Source of the DNA: Chloroflexota bacterium | GTDB taxonomy: Bacteria; Chloroflexota; Anaerolineae; Anaerolineales; E44-bin32 | Assembly (NCBI GenBank): GCA_024277995.1 | Contig: JAJRUD010000139.1 | Coordinates: 2,194 to 66,193 of the forward strand | Length of the DNA: 64,000 nt | Reading direction: 5' to 3' | Shown: positions 55,722-64,000 of the stretch, one piece after another | Numbering within the stretch: position 1 is the first letter of the stretch | How the letters are laid out: every line of letters starts with the position of its first letter | Made by a program: the position numbers and the translations under genes | Notes under the pieces: generated by a model | Database searches by the model: none | Seen by the model: only the letters and a program-made list of their open reading frames with translations | What the model was told of the DNA's origin: nothing

Positions 55722-56132
55722 ATGTTCCGACCCAGAACCCTCGGCATGCTGATCCTGACAGCGCTGATCGCCGTCGCGAGCGGCTGCTCCCGGGGCCCGG
55801 CCGCGAAGGATGAGGCGCCGGAGATCACGCTGGACCTGCGCGTGAGTTCCACCGAGGTTGGCGGCAAGGCAATGCTCGCGTTTTCGCTCGCAGATGCCCA
55901 GGGTGAACCTGTCGAAGGCGCCAAACTGACGGTCACTGGACAGGCGGAAACCGAAGGGACTGAACCCGTCATCCGTCAGGGATACGCACAAGGGGCGGGC
56001 GTCTACCTCGTCCCTTTCACCTGGACCGAGGGGGGCAATTGGGCCCTGGACATCACGGCCGAACTCCCCGACGGCAGAACCCTCCGGCGGACCATCAAGG
56101 TACGCGTACTTAGCCTGGAAAAGGTGCCGTAG
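55722..56132 (+). CDS. lipoprotein with FixH/YtkA-like beta-sandwich domain
   Basis: 136-aa ORF. Signal peptide plus lipobox LIAVASGC. The single beta domain (GEPVEGAKLTVTG...GNWALDITAELPDGRTL) resembles YtkA/FixH-type domains. GGGAGG RBS. Confidence 0.7.
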   Translation: MFRPRTLGMLILTALIAVASGCSRGPAAKDEAPEITLDLRVSSTEVGGKAMLAFSLADAQGEPVEGAKLTVTGQAETEGTEPVIRQGYAQGAGVYLVPFTWTEGGNWALDITAELPDGRTLRRTIKVRVLSLEKVP

Positions 56133-56147
56133 GGGGACATGAAAGCA

Positions 56148-56170
56148 GGGGGTGCCCGGCGGGCGCCCCC
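56148..56170. terminator. bidirectional terminator hairpin between convergent genes
   Basis: A 10-bp GC-rich stem (56148-56157 pairs with 56161-56170, with one G.U pair) and a 3-nt loop lie between stops at 56132 (+) and 56196 (-). Confidence 0.5.
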
Positions 56171-56195
56171 CATCGGAGACAGAGCAGCCGCAGAG

Positions 56196-57110
56196 CTACG
56201 CCTTCCTCTCCCTCGGATCGAGCAGCACCAGTAGCCCCAGGGTCCCCATATCCGCGAAGAGCAGCGGAGCCAGCACCGGAGCACCGCGCAAGAACCGCTC
56301 GCCGACCAGCGTGCCACGGGAGGTGAGGTTGACGTCGATGTGCAATACCGCGCCCACCACACCCACAAACACCAGCAAGACCATGCTCAGGGCATAGAGC
56401 GTCAGGTCGCTGCGCGTCGGCCGATCGAGCGCGCCCAGAGCCACCGCCGCCACGGTTCCGATCACCCCCGCCAGCGTGGGTATCCAGAGCCAGGGGTTCT
56501 GGAACTGGACTCGCGCGTGATCCAGTACGCTGCTGATGAGCGTGGCGAGCGTGCCCATGCCCACCATGAAGAAGTAAGCGCGCGTCTTGCTGTAGGGCAG
56601 CTGCAGGCGACGGTCCCCGAAGAGGATCAGCGTGCCGCTGTCAGGCGGATCTTCGACCCAGGCTGCGCTGATCCCCAACAGGCCGATCAGCGAAAAGGTG
56701 AGCGGCCCCAGGATGGGCGGTGCCCAGACCAGCAGGTCGATGGAGACACGCTGGCCCGGCAGCGCATAGGGAAGGATGGCGCGCAGCAAATGAAAATAGG
56801 CACCCAACAGTCCTACGGCGATGCTGGCCAGGAAGGCCGTCGTGGCCAGGACCGTGGCCAGCGGCCGATTGCGCAGCGCGATCAGCCCGGCGATCAGCAG
56901 AACGGCTCCCGCGAGCGGGCCGAAGATGATCGGGATCCACTCGTTGGGGACGATGGTGCCGCTGATGCTGTGGGCCAGGTAGATGTCCAGCCCCAGAAAG
57001 ATCTCGTTGACGGCGGCCATGAGCAGCATCCACTGATCCCGGCTGAGCGGCAGGCGGCCCTCCAGTCGGCCCGCCGCGGGCCAGACGGCGGAGAGATACG
57101 AGGTGCTCAC
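56196..57110 (-). CDS. polytopic membrane protein translationally coupled to the octaheme cytochrome (possible heme-b/quinone-interacting subunit)
   Basis: 304-aa ORF with about 8 TM helices and no CxxCH. Four His in or near predicted helices (YLAHS, AYFHLL, VLDHAR, AVLHID) occur as two similar halves. 4-nt overlap with the cytochrome gene. Confidence 0.65.
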   Translation of the reverse strand: MSTSYLSAVWPAAGRLEGRLPLSRDQWMLLMAAVNEIFLGLDIYLAHSISGTIVPNEWIPIIFGPLAGAVLLIAGLIALRNRPLATVLATTAFLASIAVGLLGAYFHLLRAILPYALPGQRVSIDLLVWAPPILGPLTFSLIGLLGISAAWVEDPPDSGTLILFGDRRLQLPYSKTRAYFFMVGMGTLATLISSVLDHARVQFQNPWLWIPTLAGVIGTVAAVALGALDRPTRSDLTLYALSMVLLVFVGVVGAVLHIDVNLTSRGTLVGERFLRGAPVLAPLLFADMGTLGLLVLLDPRERKA

Positions 57111-58390
57111 TTACCCACCCCCGCTGCTTCCAGTTTCTCCTGCACGACCTCACGCAGTTCGGCCAGGTCGGCGAGGATCTCATAGGCGCCGTGCCACTGG
57201 ACGTAATCCGCGCCCTGCATCCAGACGCCGAATTTGGCCGTCCGCCCCCAGTGATGCCAGAGCTCGAAGTACAGGAAGTCGATGGGTTCATCGAAGGGCT
57301 CGGAAGTTAGCAGGCCGCGCTCCTTGAGCGGTGCCACGATCTCGTCGCTTTCCTTCACCCAGGCGTTCACCTTCTCCGTGGCCTTGTCGGCTGCGGTGTA
57401 GAAGTCCTCGATGAAATCCTTGTTGTGGCACTCCATGCACACGCTCTGCATGCGCGTGCGGTTGTCCTGCCAACCCGGCCGGCGCGTGCTGATGGGGGGG
57501 AAGAGGAACCAGGTCAGCCGTTCACCCACGTCGTGCGTGGTCGAGGCGCCCCCAAAGCCGCTCATATGGCAGATGGCGCAGGTCGCGGCCGGGAAGTCCT
57601 GCACGTCGAGCGTACCCGCCTCCGCCTCCCAATTCCAGCGCTGTCCGCCCGTCGCATAGGCAATGCCATGGGACGACTCCTGGTAGATCTCCCACTGCGG
57701 GTGATCCGGGCCGATGTGACACGCGTTGCACGTTTCGGGCTTGCGGACCTGCTCCAGGCTGAACTCATGGCGCAGGTGGCATTTGGTGCAATCCCCCACC
57801 GATCCGTCCTGTGCTGGTTTGCCGATGTTGTGGCAGCTTTCGCAGGCGAAGCGCGTGATCTCCGGACCTTCGATGGCGTACAGCGCGTTGCGCATGCGGT
57901 CGGGGTTGTAACCGCCCTCCGGGATGACCTCATACGTGGCGAGCAGGTCATCGCGCAGCCCTTCGGCGCCGGCATAGGCCACATAGGCCGGAAGGGCGTG
58001 CCGGCTCTGATTGAATTGAGCCACCTCGGTGGCATGACACCGCTCGCACATGGCCGCCGTCGGTTGCCCCAGGACGAAAGTCCCCTCATGCTCCACGGCG
58101 CCCGGGTAGTTGCGGGCCACTTCGTGGCAGTCGCGACAGGCGACCTCGGCCGCGGCCATGCTGCTGTAGGCAAACTGCTCGACGATGCCCGGGGTATTGC
58201 GCCGGTGGCAGACCACACATTCATCGCTGCTGCCGGCCAGCGCGTCGACGCGCGCTTCAGGGGTCTCGGTGGCGGAGCGACCGATGACCACCCCCACCAA
58301 CGCAATCCCCAACACTACGATCACGGCCACCAGGGCGATGACCAGGATGCGACCGGCCTCCAGAGGCGATGTACTTCCTTCTTCCGCCAT
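57107..58390 (-). CDS. membrane-anchored octaheme c-type cytochrome, hydroxylamine-oxidoreductase (HAO)-like family
   Basis: 427-aa ORF with an N-terminal TM anchor and eight CxxCH sites: CVVCH, CRDCH, CERCH, CESCH, CTKCH, CNACH, CAICH, CMECH. CNACHIGPDHPQWEIYQESSHG resembles the HAO-family core. GAGGAGGA RBS. Confidence 0.88.
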   Translation of the reverse strand: MAEEGSTSPLEAGRILVIALVAVIVVLGIALVGVVIGRSATETPEARVDALAGSSDECVVCHRRNTPGIVEQFAYSSMAAAEVACRDCHEVARNYPGAVEHEGTFVLGQPTAAMCERCHATEVAQFNQSRHALPAYVAYAGAEGLRDDLLATYEVIPEGGYNPDRMRNALYAIEGPEITRFACESCHNIGKPAQDGSVGDCTKCHLRHEFSLEQVRKPETCNACHIGPDHPQWEIYQESSHGIAYATGGQRWNWEAEAGTLDVQDFPAATCAICHMSGFGGASTTHDVGERLTWFLFPPISTRRPGWQDNRTRMQSVCMECHNKDFIEDFYTAADKATEKVNAWVKESDEIVAPLKERGLLTSEPFDEPIDFLYFELWHHWGRTAKFGVWMQGADYVQWHGAYEILADLAELREVVQEKLEAAGVGK

Positions 58391-58449
58391 GACGTATCCT
58401 CCTCATAAGGTACGCAAGACGCTGGGGGTTGTGCCTCCGCACACTCTCA

Positions 58450-58465
58450 ATTCTACATCACTATA
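58450..58465 (-). promoter_or_regulatory. AT-rich candidate promoter region for the cytochrome operon (TATAGT / TAGAAT boxes)
   Basis: Minus-strand ...GTAATCTATAGTGATGTAGAATTGAGAG lies 60-75 nt upstream of ATG 58390. Two alternative -10 hexamers are present; the -35 is weak. Confidence 0.3.
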
Positions 58466-58685
58466 GATTACGCCGTTATTTGGGCCGGCGCAAGCGCCCA
58501 AAGACCCAGGGTCGGCCGTTGGCATGCACGCCTCCCGCAGAAGCGCCAGGCGACGCGCGGCATCGCCCGCAGATCAAAGCTCCGGGCGACTCCGACGACC
58601 TTCAATACCACCTGCAGAGGGTTGCCCAGTGCTGCTTAGGGAAACCGCGGCGCGTGCGGCGCTTCCGGCCTTCCGCCTTTTGGGT

Positions 58686-59534
58686 CTAGAGACCGGCGCA
58701 GTAGGCGATGCCGACGGTGCCTGGCCCAACATGCACACCGACGACAGGGCTGACCGTGGTGATGTACGTCTCCTGCGGATCGCAGCGTCCAACGGCCTCG
58801 CTGAGCAGCTCGCGCGCCTCTTCCTCCGCAGCGATATGCAGGGCGGCAAGCCGCACGGGGCTGCGGCCCTCCACACGCTCCTCGACCAACTGCAGCAAGC
58901 GCTTCTTGGCTTTGGCCTTGGTGCGCACGCGCTCGATGGGCTCCACGCGTCCGCCGGTCACCTCCAGCAGCGGTTTGATGTTGAGCGCAGACCCCAACAG
59001 GCGCGAAGCACCCCCAATACGACCGCCGCGATGCAGGTAATCAAGGGTGTCGACGACGAAGATCACCCCCGTGTGATCTCGCGCCTGCCTAGCCAGCGCC
59101 ACGACTTCCTCGAAGGGCTTCCCCTCCGCAGCGGCGCGCGCCGCGAGCAGAACCTGAAAACCGAGCGACATGGCAATGGTGTTGGAGTTGACGATTTCGA
59201 TCGTCGCTTGCGGAAACATCGCCTTGGCCTGCTCCGCAGACTGGATGGTCCCCGACAGCTTGTCGGAGAGCAGGATGGCCAGCACATGGTCGCCAGCCCG
59301 CACATGGGGCTCGAACAATTCCTTGAAAGCTCCGACTGTCGCCTGCGATGTGGTGGGGATGACATCCGAGCGGACCAGGCGGTCGTAGAACTCCGCCGGC
59401 GTGATGTCGACCCCGTCCCTCAGGCTCTCTTCTCCCCAAATGAGCACCTGCGGTGCCACTTCGATGCCGTACTGTGCAACCAGCTCGTCAGGTATGGTTG
59501 CCGTGCTATCTGTGATGATGGCGATCTTTGGCAT
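58686..59534 (-). CDS. DegV family fatty-acid-binding protein
   Basis: I trimmed ORF 58686..59660 to ATG 59534 (MPKIAIITDSTATIPDELV). SGTIQSA and HVGPGTVGIAY are DegV hallmarks. Confidence 0.9.
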   Translation of the reverse strand: MPKIAIITDSTATIPDELVAQYGIEVAPQVLIWGEESLRDGVDITPAEFYDRLVRSDVIPTTSQATVGAFKELFEPHVRAGDHVLAILLSDKLSGTIQSAEQAKAMFPQATIEIVNSNTIAMSLGFQVLLAARAAAEGKPFEEVVALARQARDHTGVIFVVDTLDYLHRGGRIGGASRLLGSALNIKPLLEVTGGRVEPIERVRTKAKAKKRLLQLVEERVEGRSPVRLAALHIAAEEEARELLSEAVGRCDPQETYITTVSPVVGVHVGPGTVGIAYCAGL

Positions 59535-59656
59535 GAGGCCTCTCCCGATAACAGAAAGAATGCGAGGTTCCCCCGTTAGGGAAACCCCGCTAGAGGCCCT
59601 GCGTTGCGCCCGCGCGCCGGGGCCCCAGGTCCAAGGCCAGCAGGCCGGACACCCTT

Positions 59657-61381
59657 TCACCCCCGGCTCTGCAGCCAGTCCATCACACGATCGAAGTCCC
59701 AGGTGTTGATCACACGCTCCGCAGGGGCCCAGGCACGGCGAGCCACCCCCACCCCATACCGCCGATAGGCGAGGTGCTCCGGCCGGTGAGCGTCGCTGTT
59801 GATCGCCAACAGACAGCCCAACGCGATCGCCCGCCGTGCATGCACGTCGCTCAGGTCCAGCCGCTCCGGATGGGCGTTGATCTCGAGCACTACACCCGCC
59901 TCGGCGGCCGCCTTCAGCACAACCTCCATGTCCAGATTCGCCCCTTCGCGTGAACTGATCATGCGACCCGTCGGATGCGCGATCATGTCCACGTGTGGGT
60001 TGTGGATGGCGGCCAACAACCGCTCGGTCACCCTGGCCTGCGTCTGGCGCAGCGAGCTGTGCAGCGCCGCGATGACCAGGTCCAACTCGGCCAGGATCTC
60101 GTCCGGGTAGTCCAGGCTCCCGTCAGCCAGGATCTCCACTTCGGCGCCGTGCAGCAGGCGCAGGCGCGTGCCCAATTCCTCCTGAAGCGCCTCGACGGCT
60201 CGGCGCTGCTCCTGCAGGCGCTCGATCGTCAGCCCGTTGGCCACACCCAGGCTCCGCGAGTGGTCCGTGATCGCCAGGTACTGCAGGCCGGCTCGGCATG
60301 CGCCTTCGGCCATTTCGCGCAGCGAGCACGCTCCATCCGTCCAATCAGAATGGGCATGGAACTCGCCTTTGAGATCCCCCATCCTTACGAGCCGCGGCAG
60401 CCTTCCCGCCAGCGCCGTCCGGATCTCGCCCTGGTCCTCGCGCAGCTCGGGTGGGATCCAGGGCAGCCCCAGCTCGGCATACACGGCTTCTTCCTCCTTG
60501 CAGAGGATCTCGCTGCCATCCTCGCGCCTGAACCCATGCTCCGAGAGTGAGAGACCCCTATCGAGCGCCAATTCGCGCAGACGCACGTTGTGCGCCTTGG
60601 ACCCTGTGGCGTATTGCAGCGCCGACCCGAAGCGTTCCGGAGGATGGATCCACAGCTGCACCCGCAGGCCATCTTCCATCTCCACGCTGACCTTGGTCTC
60701 ACCTCGACTGCGAACCCTGCGAATACCGGGCGTCGCCAGGAAGGCCTCGATGGCCGGCGGCGGATCGTTCGAGCCGGCGATGAGATCCAGGTCCCCCACC
60801 GTCTCGCGCCAGCGTCGCAGGCTGCCGGCGGCCTCCGCCGCCGTCACGCCAGGAACCGCGCGCAGCCGCTCCAGGAAGCTCTCTGCCACGGGCCAGGCAC
60901 GTCCAATAGGCACGCGCTCCGTCTGCCGCCGCCGGAGCGCCGCGATGCTCTCCAGGATGCGAGCTTCGGATCGCTCGCCCATGCCGGGGAGTTCGCGCAG
61001 CTTTCCAGCTCGCGCCGCAGCCTCGAGCTCGTCCACCGTGGTGATGCCGAGCTCCTTCCAGAAATGAGCCGCCCTCTTCGGCCCCACGTCCTCCACCCGC
61101 AGCACCTCGAGCAGGGTCTCGGGGACCTGGCGCGTGAGCTTCTCGTAGAATTCCAGCTTCCCGGTGCGCAGCAACTCGTCGATCTTGCCCGCGATCGCTT
61201 CACCGACCCCGGGAATCTGGCGCAGCTTCCCCTCGCGCCACAGATCTTCCACGTCCTGCCCCAATTCGTTCAAGGCACCCGCGGCGCGACGATAGGCATT
61301 GATGCGGTACACGGATTCGCCCTTGATAGCCAGCAAGTCCGCAATCTTCTCGAATACCTGTGCCATTTCGCGATTATCCAT
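59657..61381 (-). CDS. polX: DNA polymerase X family protein with C-terminal PHP domain (PolX)
   Basis: ATG 61381 (MDNREMAQVFEKIADLLAIKGESVYRINAYRRAA, an HhH 8-kDa domain), GSLRRWRETVGDLDL in the palm, and a C-terminal PHP domain (GEFHAHSDWTDG...ITDHS...INSDAH). Confidence 0.92.
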   Translation of the reverse strand: MDNREMAQVFEKIADLLAIKGESVYRINAYRRAAGALNELGQDVEDLWREGKLRQIPGVGEAIAGKIDELLRTGKLEFYEKLTRQVPETLLEVLRVEDVGPKRAAHFWKELGITTVDELEAAARAGKLRELPGMGERSEARILESIAALRRRQTERVPIGRAWPVAESFLERLRAVPGVTAAEAAGSLRRWRETVGDLDLIAGSNDPPPAIEAFLATPGIRRVRSRGETKVSVEMEDGLRVQLWIHPPERFGSALQYATGSKAHNVRLRELALDRGLSLSEHGFRREDGSEILCKEEEAVYAELGLPWIPPELREDQGEIRTALAGRLPRLVRMGDLKGEFHAHSDWTDGACSLREMAEGACRAGLQYLAITDHSRSLGVANGLTIERLQEQRRAVEALQEELGTRLRLLHGAEVEILADGSLDYPDEILAELDLVIAALHSSLRQTQARVTERLLAAIHNPHVDMIAHPTGRMISSREGANLDMEVVLKAAAEAGVVLEINAHPERLDLSDVHARRAIALGCLLAINSDAHRPEHLAYRRYGVGVARRAWAPAERVINTWDFDRVMDWLQSRG

Positions 61382-61547
61382 GGACACACTCCAGCGCGAC
61401 GCCCGGCCGATGGCGATTATACTCCCGCGGTGTCGGTCGGGATCGGCTGCGCACCGCGTCCGCCAATCAATCTGAGGCGCCGGATTGCCCAGCGGCATCG
61501 CTTTATGCTATCCTTGTGCCATCGATCCGCGGCAGATGAGAGGCAGG

Positions 61548-61934
61548 ATGGAGCACCCAGCGGATTTGCAGCCCATCGTGGTCTACATGATCGAACGCCA
61601 CCCGCTCGACATCCCGCACCTGGGCCCGGTGTTCCGCTGGCTACACGCCGACAACGACTTCTACCGCGAACTTGAAGCGCTCATCGGCCCATTCGACCCA
61701 GAAGACCTCACGCTGCTGATCGACAAGCATCCGGCCGGCCCTGCCTGGCGCCAGTTGCTCCAGGCACTGATGGAGGAGCGGGTCAGGATGGTCATCACGC
61801 ACCTCGCCCCGCTTTCCGCCGCACAACGCCAACAGCTCATCGGCGTCTGTGCGCAGACGGGCGCCCAGCTCATCACCCCGGGCGACGCCGGGCGCAGTTC
61901 CCAGCAGGAATTGCCGCCCGCTCCCGACTCCTGA
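61548..61934 (+). CDS. hypothetical protein with faint resolvase-N-terminal-like layout lacking the catalytic Ser
   Basis: 128 aa counted from ATG 61548; ATG 61536 is also possible. IVVYMIERHP aligns with the resolvase YxRxS strand but lacks both R and S. ...RVRMVITHLAPLSAAQRQQLIGVCAQTGAQLIT resembles the d.vvv..ldRl.R...l....gv.l segment. Weak call. Confidence 0.4.
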   Translation: MEHPADLQPIVVYMIERHPLDIPHLGPVFRWLHADNDFYRELEALIGPFDPEDLTLLIDKHPAGPAWRQLLQALMEERVRMVITHLAPLSAAQRQQLIGVCAQTGAQLITPGDAGRSSQQELPPAPDS

Positions 61935-61961
61935 AAGCACGCACACCATCGGAGGCATCGA

Positions 61962-63050
61962 TTGTTCTACGAATACGCAGGCAACCTGCATGCGCATACG
62001 ATCTATTCCGATGGACACGGCCTGCACGCGGATCTGGCGCGCGCCGCGATCCACGCCGGTCTGGATTTCCTGGTGGTCACGGACCATAACGTGTACGTCT
62101 CAGGCGTTGACGGCTACTACACCCTGGGGGAACGCAAGGTACTGCTCCTGGCGGGCGAGGAGGTACACGACCAGATCCGCGAGCCGCAGAAGAATCACCT
62201 GCTGGTCTTCGAGGCCGGACGCGAGCTCGCCCCGCTGGCGCCCGAGCCGCAGCGCCTGCTGGACGCCGTGCGCGAGGCCGAGGGGCTGTCTTTCATCGCG
62301 CATCCGGTCGACCCCGCCGCGCCCACTTTCAACGAGGACGACCTTTCCTGGGTCGACTGGGAGGTGGACGGCTACGTCGGGCTGGAGATCTGGAACTTCA
62401 TGTCGGAATTCAAGGGGTTGTTTGCGCGATTCCGATCCCTGCTGCGCGCACTGCCAGTCGTGCTCTTCTACGCCTACAACCCCTCCTTCATCGCCCGCGG
62501 CCCCTTCCCCGAAGCCCTGCAGCGCTGGGACGCCCTGCTGGCATCGGGCAAGCGCGTCGTGGCCATCGGGGGCGCCGATGCCCACGCCACGCCGGCCAGC
62601 CTGGGACCGCTGCGCCGGGTCATCTTCCCTTACGACTTTCTATTCCGCGCCGTCAACACGCACGTGCTCACCTCCGAGCCCCTCACCGGCGAGGCGGCAA
62701 CCGACCGCAAGCGCATCTTCCACAGCCTGCGCTGCGGGCACTGCTTCGTGGGCTACGACCTGCCCGCCTCGACGCGCGGTTTCCGCTTCAGCGCCCAAGG
62801 CGATCACGGCCAGGCTATCATGGGCGACAGCATCCAGTCCCGCTTCGGTGTGACCCTGCAAATGCACCTGCCCCGCCGGGCGGAACTGCGTCTGCTGCGG
62901 GACGGCGAGGTGATCGCCTCTTGGGCCAGCAGCGAGGCCGCCGTCTACGTGGCCGATGCGCCGGGCGCATACCGCGTCGAGGCCTATCTGGACTATCGCG
63001 GTCGGCGCCGGGCCTGGATCTTCAGCAACCCCATCTACGTGCACGGATGA
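61962..63050 (+). CDS. PHP-domain metallohydrolase (CehA/McbA-like)
   Basis: 362-aa ORF. TTG start with GGAGG 6 nt upstream. NLHAHTIYSDGHG, LVVTDHN, IAHP and GGADAH form the PHP metal-ligand set. The C-terminal beta-rich domain ends ...WIFSNPIYV. Confidence 0.85.
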   Translation: MFYEYAGNLHAHTIYSDGHGLHADLARAAIHAGLDFLVVTDHNVYVSGVDGYYTLGERKVLLLAGEEVHDQIREPQKNHLLVFEAGRELAPLAPEPQRLLDAVREAEGLSFIAHPVDPAAPTFNEDDLSWVDWEVDGYVGLEIWNFMSEFKGLFARFRSLLRALPVVLFYAYNPSFIARGPFPEALQRWDALLASGKRVVAIGGADAHATPASLGPLRRVIFPYDFLFRAVNTHVLTSEPLTGEAATDRKRIFHSLRCGHCFVGYDLPASTRGFRFSAQGDHGQAIMGDSIQSRFGVTLQMHLPRRAELRLLRDGEVIASWASSEAAVYVADAPGAYRVEAYLDYRGRRRAWIFSNPIYVHG

Positions 63051-63072
63051 TCCCCCGCAGGGGGCATCATCC
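63045..63072 (+). terminator. hairpin overlapping the stop of the PHP gene (possible terminator)
   Basis: ggatgatccccc-gca-ggggg(c)atcatcc forms a 12-bp stem with one bulge. No U-tract follows. Confidence 0.4.
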
Positions 63073-63168
63073 CCTCTGCGGCCCCTGGCGCACCATTCCC
63101 CCCACTGCTTTAGGATCCCGACCCCCGTCCGCTGCGCAGGCCGAACGATCAGCCCGAGCCCCCTTTTC

Positions 63169-63197
63169 TTGACTTCCAAAACGTTTTGGTCTATAGT
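63169..63197 (+). promoter_or_regulatory. promoter TTGACT-17-TATAGT for the LacI-family gene
   Basis: TTGACT at 63169..63174 and TATAGT at 63192..63197, with a 17-nt spacer. This is the best sigma70-like match in the window. The GTG start is 60 nt downstream. Confidence 0.6.
63176..63189. promoter_or_regulatory. perfect 14-bp palindrome CCAAAACGTTTTGG: LacI-type operator O1 inside the promoter spacer
   Basis: Exact dyad symmetry with a central CG, as in LacI/GalR-family operators. It sits between the -35 and -10 boxes. Confidence 0.55.
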
Positions 63198-63206
63198 GGC
63201 TGCGGG

Positions 63207-63221
63207 CCCAAAACGTTTGGG
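63207..63221. promoter_or_regulatory. second, imperfect operator-like repeat CCCAAAACGTTTGGG (O2)
   Basis: It shares the AAACGTTT core with O1. The centres are about 31 nt apart (about three helical turns), downstream of the -10 box. Confidence 0.4.
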
Positions 63222-63256
63222 CAAAGCGATTAAGAAGGCTATTGCAGCGATCTCCC

Positions 63257-64000
63257 GTGGCTGTCACACTTAAGGACATAGCATCCAGGGTGGGAAAATC
63301 CGTCACCACGGTATCACGCGCCTTGAACGACTACGACGATGTAAGCGCGGATACCAAGGCGTTGATCCGGCACGTGGCCGAGGAGATGGGTTACACACCC
63401 AACATCCTGGCCCAACGACTGCGCAAGCGCCGCGCCGACACCATCGGCCTCATCCTGCCCACCTTCGGCCCCCGCTTCTCCGATCCATTCTTCAGTGAAT
63501 TCATCGCCGGCATCGGCAATCAGGCCGCTGAATTGGGCTTCGACCTGCTGGTTTCCACCCGTCCACCCGGTGACAAGGAAATGCTGGCCTATCAGGCCAA
63601 CATCCGCGGTCAGCGGGTAGATGGTTTCATCCTGGTTCGCACGCGCAGACGCGACGCCCGCATCGCATACATGCTGGAAGCAGGATTCCCCTTCGTCGCC
63701 TTCGGCCGGACGGAGAACCATCAGGCTTTCCCCTTCGTCGATGAGGACGGCGAATACGGCATGCGCATGATCGTGCGCCACCTGACCCAGGAGGGCCACG
63801 GCCGGCTGGCTTTCATCGCCGCGCCGGACGACCTCATGTTCGCCCACCATCGCCTGCAAGGATTCCGCGCCGGCCTGCGGGAAGCCGGGATCCCCATCGA
63901 GGAAGCCCTCGTCGTCCAGGGAGACCTGAGCGAAAAGGGGGGATACGAGCAGGCCCGCCGCCTGCTGGACCGCCCCTCGCCGCCGACGGCTATCGCCGCC
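63257..64000 (+). CDS. LacI family transcriptional regulator (N-terminal 248 codons; runs off right edge)
   Basis: GTG 63257 opens VAVTLKDIASRVGKSVTTVSRALNDYDDVSADTKALIRHVAEEMGYTPNILAQRLRK (the LacI HTH), followed by a periplasmic-binding-fold core (IGLILPT..., DGFIL...). It is open to position 64000 and absent from the ORF track because it has no stop there. Confidence 0.9.
   Translation, partial: MAVTLKDIASRVGKSVTTVSRALNDYDDVSADTKALIRHVAEEMGYTPNILAQRLRKRRADTIGLILPTFGPRFSDPFFSEFIAGIGNQAAELGFDLLVSTRPPGDKEMLAYQANIRGQRVDGFILVRTRRRDARIAYMLEAGFPFVAFGRTENHQAFPFVDEDGEYGMRMIVRHLTQEGHGRLAFIAAPDDLMFAHHRLQGFRAGLREAGIPIEEALVVQGDLSEKGGYEQARRLLDRPSPPTAIAA

Noticed and set aside
63314-63859. 181-aa minus-strand ORF.
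   Set aside because: It is antisense to the LacI-family gene, whose HTH and sugar-binding core are unambiguous on the plus strand.

Overview
This is a 64-kb, visibly GC-rich chromosomal segment, with G/C at most third codon positions and long spurious antisense ORFs throughout. Gene content suggests a monoderm-like, possibly Chloroflexota-type bacterium; that assignment is an inference and is not proven. I support about 58 protein-coding genes, mostly on the minus strand and mostly housekeeping. They include gap-pgk-apgM glycolysis genes with a YvcK-like factor, MoxR-DUF58, and a partial division-cluster remnant (pgeF-yggS-yggT-DUF167). Also present are a ccdA-tlpA thiol-redox operon, hsp20-lon, lgt, ftsK, PolX, DegV, PNP, a Xer recombinase and a LacI regulator that runs off the right edge. 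I found no rRNA, tRNA, CRISPR array or obvious mobile element. Six observations deserve a second look:

1. Two unrelated genes, lon and a membrane-GAF-HTH sensor, are each broken by one in-frame TAG that is immediately followed by GTG.
2. An 8.7-kb run of five translationally coupled polytopic membrane proteins contains a tandemly duplicated two-gene module: an unassigned GT-C-like protein plus YfhO.
3. A membrane-anchored octaheme (8x CxxCH) HAO-like cytochrome is coupled to a heme-motif-free membrane protein that carries four histidines and an internal repeat.
4. A PHP-AlbA_2 fusion protein sits downstream of hsp20-lon and a response regulator.
5. A TM-NACHT-HEAT STAND NTPase lies behind an apparently leaderless zinc-ribbon coiled-coil gene.
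6. A textbook promoter with two palindromic operators precedes the LacI gene.

All family assignments rest on motif recognition by eye. No database search was run.
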